In this document: positions 10,358 through 16,879 of the stretch, piece after piece
Numbering within the stretch: the stretch's first letter is position 1
Layout: each line of letters starts with the position of its first letter
From: a bacterium
GTDB lineage: Bacteria > Patescibacteriota > JABMPQ01 > JBDRIV01
Length of the DNA: 64,000 nt
Direction: 5' to 3'
Assembly (NCBI GenBank): GCA_043815505.1
Contig: JBDRIV010000002.1
Location: 502,943 to 566,942 of the forward strand
Program-made: the position numbers and the translations under genes
Notes under the pieces: model-generated
Databases searched by the model: none
What the model saw: only the letters and a program-made list of their open reading frames with translations
Told to the model about the DNA's origin: nothing

Positions 10358-11024
10358 TTTAACTAAACACTATTTAGGTAATGTAGAAGCACTGGAAGGT
10401 GTTGATTTAGAAATTGAACAAGGAGAATTCGTTTCCTTAATTGGTCGTAGTGGTAGTGGAAAATCAACTCTGGCAAAACTTCTAATTGCTGAAGAAAAAC
10501 CTACTGCGGGAACTATAAAAATTGATAAATGGAATGTAACAACCCTAAAATCAAAGAAGGTCCCATTTTATCGTCGCCAAATTGGAGTTGTTTTTCAGGA
10601 TTATAAATTATTACAAAAGAAGACGGTATATGAAAATGTTGAATATGCCTTATTAGTTAGTGGTGAAAGCAACGAATTAATTGAAAAAATTGTTCCCAAA
10701 ATTATTGATTTGGTTGGTTTAAAAGGAAAAGAAGAAAGATTTCCCAAGGAAATGTCTGGTGGAGAACAACAAAGAGTAGCCATCGCTCGAGCCATGGTTC
10801 ATAATCCCAAGCTTCTAATTGCTGACGAACCAACAGGAAATTTAGATATTTTTATTGCTGAAGAAATTGTTGATTTGCTTTTAAAAATTAATGAGTTGGG
10901 AACAACAGTTTTACTGGCAACTCATAACAAGGATTTGGTTGATGGTTTAAAAAAGCGTGTCATAACAATAGAAAATGGAAAAATTGTAAATGACCAAAAG
11001 AAAGGAAAATATACAGTAAAATGA
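10341..11024 (+). CDS. ftsE: Cell division ATP-binding protein FtsE
   Basis: GRSGSGKST, RRQIGVVFQDYKLL, SGGEQQR, ADEPTGNLD; upstream of ftsX. Confidence 0.92.
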   Translation: MIKINNLTKHYLGNVEALEGVDLEIEQGEFVSLIGRSGSGKSTLAKLLIAEEKPTAGTIKIDKWNVTTLKSKKVPFYRRQIGVVFQDYKLLQKKTVYENVEYALLVSGESNELIEKIVPKIIDLVGLKGKEERFPKEMSGGEQQRVAIARAMVHNPKLLIADEPTGNLDIFIAEEIVDLLLKINELGTTVLLATHNKDLVDGLKKRVITIENGKIVNDQKKGKYTVK

Positions 11025-11935
11025 AACTAACATCTACTGCGAGAGCATTTAAAATTGGTTTAAACAATTTTGTCAGAAATATTGGCATCAATTTTGCTAC
11101 CATAGTTATTACCACTCTAACTTTGTTTGTTATTAGCACGGTAATAATTTTGAATATTATTGGTAGTACTGCTATTAAATCGTTGGAAGATAAGATTGAT
11201 GTTAGTGTTTATTTGAAATCTGAATCAGTTGATGATGATGTTAACAAAATAATTTCTTATTTGAATACAAAAGAACAAGTAAAGGAAATTAATCTAACAA
11301 CCAAAGAAGAGGCGCTTAGCCGTTTGCAAACAACTTATGAAGCCAATCCTGCCATCGTGGAATCACTTTACTTAATTGGTAATCCTTTACAACCAACGAT
11401 TTCCTTCAAAACAAAATCCTTCGATGATTACGATGCGATTGTCACCGATCTAGAATCGGATAAATTTTCTAATGTAATTGATACTATAAATTATCAAGAC
11501 AATAAAAAAGTTATCGAGAAATTAGCAACTACCACCAATGCTGTTCAAAAATCAGGTTTTGGAATTAGCATTGTTTTTGTGATTGTAGCGGTTCTAGTTA
11601 TTTTTAATACTATTCGTTTAACAATATTTACACAGAAGGAAGAGATTGAAATAATGCGCTTAGTGGGAGCAACGGGTTTCTTTATTCGTTTGCCATATCT
11701 AATAGAAGGTATTATTTACGGATTAATTTCAAGTATTATTTCGCTTGTGGCCCTAGCTATTATGATTAAAAAATTTAATCCTTTTATTGAAGCCTTTTTT
11801 GAAGGAGAAGCAGAAGGGATATTAGCTTTTATGACAAACAATATTTGGCAAATATTATTATGGCAATTGGTACTAGGAATAGTTTTGGCTGTTATTTCAA
11901 GTTATATTTCGGTTTGGAAATACATTAGAAAATAA
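11021..11935 (+). CDS. ftsX: Cell division permease FtsX
   Basis: VSVYLK extracellular domain, IFNTIRLTI..QKEEIEIMRLVGAT..FIRLPY..EG. Confidence 0.92.
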   Translation: MKLTSTARAFKIGLNNFVRNIGINFATIVITTLTLFVISTVIILNIIGSTAIKSLEDKIDVSVYLKSESVDDDVNKIISYLNTKEQVKEINLTTKEEALSRLQTTYEANPAIVESLYLIGNPLQPTISFKTKSFDDYDAIVTDLESDKFSNVIDTINYQDNKKVIEKLATTTNAVQKSGFGISIVFVIVAVLVIFNTIRLTIFTQKEEIEIMRLVGATGFFIRLPYLIEGIIYGLISSIISLVALAIMIKKFNPFIEAFFEGEAEGILAFMTNNIWQILLWQLVLGIVLAVISSYISVWKYIRK

Positions 11936-11963
11936 TTGACAAATAGTCAAAATTTGTTAGATT
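11936..11963 (+). promoter_or_regulatory. sigma70 promoter, near-leaderless
   Basis: TTGACA-N16-TAGATT with TG extension; ATG 8 nt downstream. Confidence 0.6.
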
Positions 11964-11971
11964 TGTAATCT

Positions 11972-12283
11972 ATGGATGAATTAAAAAAGAAAATAAATGA
12001 AGCCCTAAAAAAGGTAATGGACCCAGAGCTTGATATAAGCATTTATGATATGGGTCTTCTTTATGAAATAAAAATTGATGGTAAAAAAGCTCATCTTTTA
12101 ATGACCTTAACAACACCAGCTTGTCCATTAGGTAACAAAATTGCTGATGATGTAAAAGCAGCGGTTGAATCAGTTGAAGGAATTGAAAGTGCCTATGTGG
12201 AATATGTATTTGATCCACCATGGACACCGGATAGATTGTCGGAAGAGGCAAAAATAAAACTGGGCTACGATTCAGAGAGTTAG
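11972..12283 (+). CDS. DUF59/SufT-like metal-sulfur cluster assembly factor
   Basis: VMDPELDISIYDMGLLY, MTLTTPACP, FDPPWTPDR. Confidence 0.9.
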   Translation: MDELKKKINEALKKVMDPELDISIYDMGLLYEIKIDGKKAHLLMTLTTPACPLGNKIADDVKAAVESVEGIESAYVEYVFDPPWTPDRLSEEAKIKLGYDSES

Positions 12284-12356
12284 AGGCCAAAAGCAAGTGG
12301 CAAATAGTAAAATATAGAAAGCTGTGTGCTATAAGCTATTGGCCATTAGCCAGTAT

Positions 12357-12431
12357 TGGGGAGTAGCCAAGTGGTAAGGCAATAGGTTCTGGTCCTATGA
12401 TTCGGGGGTTCGAATCCCTCCTCCCCAGCCA
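12357..12431 (+). tRNA. tRNA-Gln(CTG) with encoded CCA
   Basis: TGGGGAG-TA-GCC AAGTGGTAA GGC-A-ATAGG TT CTG GT CCTAT-GATTC-GGGGG TTCGAAT CCCTC-CTCCCCA-G-CCA. Confidence 0.96.
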
Positions 12432-12439
12432 TACTTCGC

Positions 12440-12534
12440 TAAAGCTACGTAGTGGCAAGCCATAATCAAATAAAGCCATGCAGAGTGATAAGCTATAACC
12501 AAATAAAGCTACGTAGTGGCAGGGCCATATCAAA
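12440..12534 (+). repeat. Three imperfect ~31-33 bp tandem repeats
   Basis: TAAAGCTACGTAGTGGCA exact at 12440 and 12504; middle unit TAAAGCCATG...ACCAAA at 12471-12503. Confidence 0.75.
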
Positions 12535-12558
12535 AATACATATTGAAGAGTAATATTT

Positions 12559-12837
12559 ATGTGTTATGTGTATATACTCTTTAGTAAGAAAGCTAATAAA
12601 TTCTATTATGGTTATACAAACAATCTAAGGAAAAGAATAGAATTGCACAACAATGGTAGGGTAAGATCTACTATGCCATATAGACCATGGAAATTAATGC
12701 AGTATTGTGCATTTATTGATGGCAAGAAAGCTAAAGAGTTTGAAAAATATTTAAAAACTGGTTCTGGGAAAGCTTTTGCATACAAAAGATTTCTAAATGT
12801 AGCTTTAGTGAAGTATGTCGGAGAGGAGAAAAGGTAA
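12559..12837 (+). CDS. Small stand-alone GIY-YIG nuclease (UPF0213/SLX1-like)
   Basis: YVYIL..FYYGYTNNLRKRIELHN..ST..YRPWKL..AKEFEKYLKTGSG. Confidence 0.92.
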   Translation: MCYVYILFSKKANKFYYGYTNNLRKRIELHNNGRVRSTMPYRPWKLMQYCAFIDGKKAKEFEKYLKTGSGKAFAYKRFLNVALVKYVGEEKR

Positions 12838-12929
12838 TCCGAAGCATTTATGCGAAGGATACCCTCCTCCCCAGATTTTGAATATTTTTATCTTGTTATA
12901 TATACACCTATTTAATAATTCCATCATTT

Positions 12930-12958
12930 TTGACAACTTTATAATAATAAGTAATAAT
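12930..12958 (+). promoter_or_regulatory. sigma70 promoter of first island unit
   Basis: TTGACA-N17-AATAAT. Confidence 0.5.
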
Positions 12959-13008
12959 GTAACCAAGAGAATTTGAAGGCTCCCTACATGTATTGGAAGG
13001 AGGTGAAG

Positions 13009-13251
13009 ATGATGGTTACTTCACATCGTTTTGGTGCGACGGATAAAAGCGATACCATGCGGGCTATTATTGGTTGTCTGATTGTAATCCTGATTCTTGG
13101 AATTCTGTGCTTGTACTGGCATCAAAAAGGCATGTTGTTTGGCACTCCAAAAGCATCTCAAATTCAGGAGATTGTATATGAAACTTTCACGACAAGCAAT
13201 AATGCAGGTTGTTCACCCTTCCAAATACCATTCCAAAATGAACTGGCATAG
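13009..13251 (+). CDS. Small single-TM hypothetical protein (~80 aa)
   Basis: Perfect SD AAGGAGGTGA at 12997-13006 before ATG ATG (13009/13012); hydrophobic AIIGCLIVILILGILCLYW. Confidence 0.65.
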   Translation: MMVTSHRFGATDKSDTMRAIIGCLIVILILGILCLYWHQKGMLFGTPKASQIQEIVYETFTTSNNAGCSPFQIPFQNELA

Positions 13252-13385
13252 CCATATTATCACGGAATGGATAAGGAGCTCTTATAGAATCAATTGGCTT
13301 TGGCTGATTCTACAAGGGCTCCCCAAATTTTCGATCTAAATCGATTTTTTATTTGCCAAAGCCAAAGTAATTTTCTAATTGCAAT

Positions 13386-13436
13386 TTGTAATTTTAAAAA
13401 TTGTGTGTATAATTTTACACGCTAGTTCATTAAAAA
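13386..13436 (+). promoter_or_regulatory. Promoter plus boxA-like motif
   Basis: TTGTAA-N16-TATAAT (13408-13413), then GTTCATTAAAAA at 13425. Confidence 0.55.
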
Positions 13437-13469
13437 CAAGCATTTCAAAATAAACGGAGGTACAAAAAA

Positions 13470-13610
13470 TTGAGAATGAAAGATTATAAATCACCAAAAC
13501 CAGTTGATTCAGGAAAAGCTCTCACTTATAATAATCAGTTTCTTCTTTCCTTCCCCGAAAATTACGCAGAGCCTACAAGTAAGGAAAAAGGGGAAGAAAA
13601 GGAAAAGTAG
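13470..13610 (+). CDS. 46-aa orphan peptide MRMKDYKSPKPVDSGKALTYNNQFLLSFPENYAEPTSKEKGEEKEK (not in ORF track)
   Basis: GGAGG at 13456-13460, TTG 9 nt later (in-frame ATG 13476), TAG 13608-13610; own promoter and terminator. Confidence 0.6.
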   Translation: MRMKDYKSPKPVDSGKALTYNNQFLLSFPENYAEPTSKEKGEEKEK

Positions 13611-13626
13611 AAAACATTTATTTCTT

Positions 13627-13671
13627 GCTATCATTCGCGTTGTAAAATGCGTCTGATAGCCATTTTTATTT
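13627..13671 (+). terminator. Intrinsic terminator-like hairpin
   Basis: GCTATCA...TGATAGC followed by CATTTTTATTT. Confidence 0.6.
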
Positions 13672-13722
13672 GCCAAATAATACCTTCTTTGCTAACCTGA
13701 AAATAGAAACGTTCCTTAATAA
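13670..13722 (+). promoter_or_regulatory. Promoter plus boxA-like motif
   Basis: TTGCCA-N17-TAACCT with TG extension; GTTCCTTAATAA at 13711. Confidence 0.55.
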
Positions 13723-13788
13723 ATTGGGAAATATTGTAATAAATTTGTATTAGTTGGTGATAACTTAAAATAGAAGGAGGATTAACAA

Positions 13789-14022
13789 ATGTCAAAAAAA
13801 ACCTACAAAAAACCGGAAATTATTACTGAAGCATCATTTCAAACACCTCCTCCGTGTGACATTGGTGGACGACACTTCACCAGTGCTTATGACACATTTC
13901 TCGGTCATTGGGGAAATCGGAATGAATTGACACACGGCACTGGAATAGAATTAGGTCCACGCAATTCACCATGTATTTATACTTATTTGTGTGGCAATTG
14001 GAGTTATTGGTCTCATAAATAA
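13789..14022 (+). CDS. 77-aa orphan peptide, RiPP-precursor-like
   Basis: AAGGAGG SD; MSKKTYKKPEIITE leader-like start; Trp/Tyr/Cys/Gly-rich C-terminus. Confidence 0.65.
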   Translation: MSKKTYKKPEIITEASFQTPPPCDIGGRHFTSAYDTFLGHWGNRNELTHGTGIELGPRNSPCIYTYLCGNWSYWSHK

Positions 14023-14111
14023 GGAGTAAAAATACTATAAGGAAAGGACTTTGACGTAAAAAATTTTGAGAAAGAAGACCTTTAAAAACAGATTTATTGG
14101 GAGGACAATAT

Positions 14112-14300
14112 ATGAGCAATGGTGAACTTGTAATTGAAATTTCTGGTATAAATAGAATACTTGAAAGGAGATCGGAAGAAGAAATTGTAATTGTAGAACA
14201 GGGACTGCAAAGGCTTTTTCCCAATAAGGGAGAAAAAAGGAGACCAACCCGAACGACCAACCGCAATTATTTGCGTAAAAAATTATTTATGAGAAGATAA
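14112..14300 (+). CDS. 62-aa hypothetical protein with basic C-terminus
   Basis: GGGAGG SD at 14099-14104, ATG 14112; KRRPTRTTNRNYLRKKLFMRR tail. Confidence 0.6.
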   Translation: MSNGELVIEISGINRILERRSEEEIVIVEQGLQRLFPNKGEKRRPTRTTNRNYLRKKLFMRR

Positions 14301-14385
14301 TAATCCTGTTAAAACCCCACCCAGAGACATTAACTCCGATGGTTTATCTCATTCTTCTTTCTTCTAATTGCTCATTAAGAGCTTA

Positions 14386-14430
14386 GCTGTGCGTTTACTA
14401 AAACCTGACCCTCGCACAGCCCTTTTTTTA
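14386..14430 (+). terminator. Intrinsic terminator
   Basis: GCTGTGCG...CGCACAGC then CCTTTTTTT. Confidence 0.7.
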
Positions 14431-14456
14431 TTTTCAATTTAAGTGTATACTAACAT

Positions 14457-14556
14457 TGTTCTAAGCACGGGTTTGGAATACAACAATAAAAATGTATTAA
14501 GCTCTTTTACTCGCAACTATTTACTTATCCCCCGTAAGTATGTAGTTGCATTTTTT
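14457..14556 (+). ncRNA. Candidate ~100-nt small RNA
   Basis: TATACT -10 at 14446-14451; no ORF; ends in GCAACTA...TAGTTGC hairpin plus T-run. Confidence 0.35.
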
Positions 14557-14692
14557 ATCAAAAATTGATAAATTAGGAACATATTTGAACATTTAAAGGG
14601 AGCAAAATAATGCCTGTTGGCATATCCTAGAAAGGAGGTTAAAGGATCTTAGACAAAAGAGTATGATATGTAAGTAAAAAGGAGGTAGTATA

Positions 14693-14824
14693 ATGCGAAG
14701 ACCAAAACCGGGTGATTGGGTAGATTATTATTGTGAAGATCCAGAAACACAACCACCTCCAAAAAAGGAAACAAAACCTGTAAGCTTTAATCCTAATGAT
14801 CATCCACCCCTAAAACAGGAATAA
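14693..14824 (+). CDS. 43-aa Pro-rich orphan peptide MRRPKPGDWVDYYCEDPETQPPPKKETKPVSFNPNDHPPLKQE (not in ORF track)
   Basis: AAGGAGGT SD 6 nt before ATG 14693; TAA 14822-14824. Confidence 0.55.
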   Translation: MRRPKPGDWVDYYCEDPETQPPPKKETKPVSFNPNDHPPLKQE

Positions 14825-15029
14825 CATTTTATGCTCTAAAACAATATAAATAATGACCAGGGGGTGACACTGCTGATTCAATACTCAAAACTCCCAAAAC
14901 TCAATTTCTACGTTTTACTTGTATACCTCCTGGTCAGAACTTTTGCTCTTCTTGGCTAAGAATAAGTTTATATTGGATAGCGCGATATTATACTGCAAAT
15001 CCCATAAAAACTTTACCTAGCCATTTTAT

Positions 15030-15084
15030 TTGTTAAATTATAAATCATATGCTACTTTAATAATATATTGGAGTTCTTTAAATA
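15030..15084 (+). promoter_or_regulatory. Promoter plus boxA-like motif
   Basis: TTGTTA-N17-TACTTT with TG extension; GTTCTTTAAATA at 15073. Confidence 0.55.
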
Positions 15085-15105
15085 AAATATATACGAGGTG
15101 ATAAA

Positions 15106-15315
15106 ATGAAACCAAATATATTAAAGCAAGGTAAGCAGAATAAATTTGTTAAAACAAATTTAGTGAAACCTGCAGGTTTTCCCGTCATGAATATAATGAT
15201 GTGCTCAGAACCTCATATATCGAGTTCTGACAAAAAACATTTTCCTAATTCCGCTGCCCCAAGTATTAAAAATTCTCTAGGATTGCCCGATATTCTTTCA
15301 CCAATTGAAAAATGA
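15106..15315 (+). CDS. 69-aa orphan peptide
   Basis: GAGGTGA SD at 15095-15101; starts MKPNILKQG. Confidence 0.6.
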   Translation: MKPNILKQGKQNKFVKTNLVKPAGFPVMNIMMCSEPHISSSDKKHFPNSAAPSIKNSLGLPDILSPIEK

Positions 15316-15328
15316 AATGGAGGAAGTT

Positions 15329-15514
15329 ATGAATAATAATCTTACAGAATTTTCCGACACGGAACGAATTAATTATTTGCTTAAAGCAAACAATTGTAAA
15401 GGAGATTGGGTTGCAGGTGATAAGAAGGACTCGAAAGAATGGATATCTTATTCAAAACCAGATTTGCATTTTAAAGAGAAAGCCGTTAAAAACATATTTC
15501 ATCCATCATCTTAA
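15329..15514 (+). CDS. 61-aa hypothetical protein
   Basis: GGAGG SD before ATG 15329; followed by long hairpin terminator. Confidence 0.6.
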   Translation: MNNNLTEFSDTERINYLLKANNCKGDWVAGDKKDSKEWISYSKPDLHFKEKAVKNIFHPSS

Positions 15515-15525
15515 TTCCAAAATTC

Positions 15526-15590
15526 GGTCATGTTCTAGTAACTTTGAAGTCATCTTTTTATAGATACTTCATAAGAACCTGACCTTTTTC
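15526..15590 (+). terminator. Long imperfect hairpin plus U-tract
   Basis: GGTCA-TGTTCT...TGAAGT..ACTTCA...AGAAC-CTGACC then TTTTT. Confidence 0.6.
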
Positions 15591-15625
15591 TTTACTTAAA
15601 TTCGAGAGTTTGATTAAATAAGATT

Positions 15626-16258
15626 ATGAATTGGAATAAAAGTTATCGCATTCTTGAAATGTTAAAGAAATCTCCTTTGCGAGATGCTTTTAAGATTGGC
15701 AATAATTTTAAAATTACTTCACAAAAAAGATATCAACTTCTACTCACAATTACAGTAATGTTGGTTTTAATGTTTGTATTTTATGCCTTTTCTCATCAGG
15801 CACCCGATTACACTGATGCTGTAGTAATTGATTATAATAGCTTTGTGGAAGATATTGTTCGCGAGAGTCCTGATGCCAACGGCTATTATTTTGTCACAAC
15901 TGTTATTGATGGTGACACTTTTTATGTTGACGATAATGGTACAGCCGAAAGTGTACGTTTAATTGGAATTGATACGCCAGAAATTGCTAAACAAAAATCA
16001 GAAATTCAAGAAGGTGCATTGGAAGCTTCAAATTTTATGAAGGATTTGGTGGAAGGAAAATGGGTGTATTTAGAAGCTGATGAATCGCAAGGGGATAGAG
16101 ACCAGTATGGCAGATTACTCCGTTATGCATTTCTAGAAGATGGAACCCACATAAATTTGCTTTTATTGAAAGAAGATTTGGCAGTTGAGTACACCTTCGA
16201 CAAACCCTACAAGTATCAGGAGGAATTTCAAAAAGAGCAAAATGAAAATATAAAATAG
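15626..16258 (+). CDS. Membrane-anchored thermonuclease (SNase family)
   Basis: TM, then VIDGDT, VRLIGIDTPE, DRDQYGRLLRY. Confidence 0.88.
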   Translation: MNWNKSYRILEMLKKSPLRDAFKIGNNFKITSQKRYQLLLTITVMLVLMFVFYAFSHQAPDYTDAVVIDYNSFVEDIVRESPDANGYYFVTTVIDGDTFYVDDNGTAESVRLIGIDTPEIAKQKSEIQEGALEASNFMKDLVEGKWVYLEADESQGDRDQYGRLLRYAFLEDGTHINLLLLKEDLAVEYTFDKPYKYQEEFQKEQNENIK

Positions 16259-16383
16259 TAAATACTTATGTTTTAAGACATTTATAATATATATAAAGAA
16301 ATAAATAACATTTTGAAATAACAGTTGATATAAATATTTGGTGGTAGACATTTAGCACTATTGCTTAAGTCTGTGCTGCAATT

Positions 16384-16716
16384 TTAGCTCTCGGGGGGAC
16401 ATTCGTAGTATTTAAGATCAACAATATATCTCAGGCAGTCGATAATTATAAAAACAGAGTTCTTCACATGTATAATTATATAAATGATTTTAGAACAACG
16501 TACAAAAATTATAGGAAGCACCAACAAAAGACCGAAGAATGAAATAAAAACTATAGCAACGATATTACCTATTATGGAAACTGTTCTGCGTGCTTTACTT
16601 TGTGGGTGATTGATTATTACTTCATCAATCAAATCCTGCTTATCTTCATTTACTTTAATCATTGCAGAATAAACAATGCTTAGCACAATACCCAAAACAT
16701 ACCAATAAATAAATAT
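16384..16716 (-). CDS. Hypothetical membrane protein (start possibly ATA at 16716)
   Basis: Own promoter TTGCAA-N16-TAATAT, GTTCTTTACA motif, AAGGAG SD; two hydrophobic stretches. Confidence 0.5.
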   Translation of the reverse strand: MFIYWYVLGIVLSIVYSAMIKVNEDKQDLIDEVIINHPQSKARRTVSIIGNIVAIVFISFFGLLLVLPIIFVRCSKIIYIIIHVKNSVFIIIDCLRYIVDLKYYECPPES

Positions 16717-16879
16717 AGCGATTCTCCTTATTTTGATGTAAAGAACAATCTAAAGATAGATATATATTAGCAACATCAATTATTTTTGCAAACTCATTCT
16801 CCGCATTGACAAATTCAATAAAATAGTATAATTTGTTGAGTTAGATAAATCGTACACTTTACATAAAGGGGGTAAGAAA

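Larger units (their letters stand above)
12416..12874 (+). mobile_element. Putative tRNA-anchored GIY-YIG mini-element
   Basis: 13-bp direct repeat CCCTCCTCCCCAG at 12416-12428 (tRNA 3' end) and 12862-12874; 21-bp inverted repeat 12430-12450/12797-12817; single GIY-YIG ORF inside. Confidence 0.65.

Noticed and set aside
12336-12533. 65-aa minus-strand ORF
   Set aside because: Antisense shadow of tRNA-Gln (WLGRRDSNPR is a typical tRNA-derived translation)
12440-12534. CRISPR array
   Set aside because: Units are contiguous imperfect tandem repeats without unique spacers, and no cas genes are present
12862-12874. Second tRNA gene
   Set aside because: Only 13 nt of the 3' end, with no cloverleaf upstream
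13470-14022. Complete lasso peptide gene cluster
   Set aside because: No cyclase, peptidase or RRE genes in the window, and Thr spacing differs from the canonical leader
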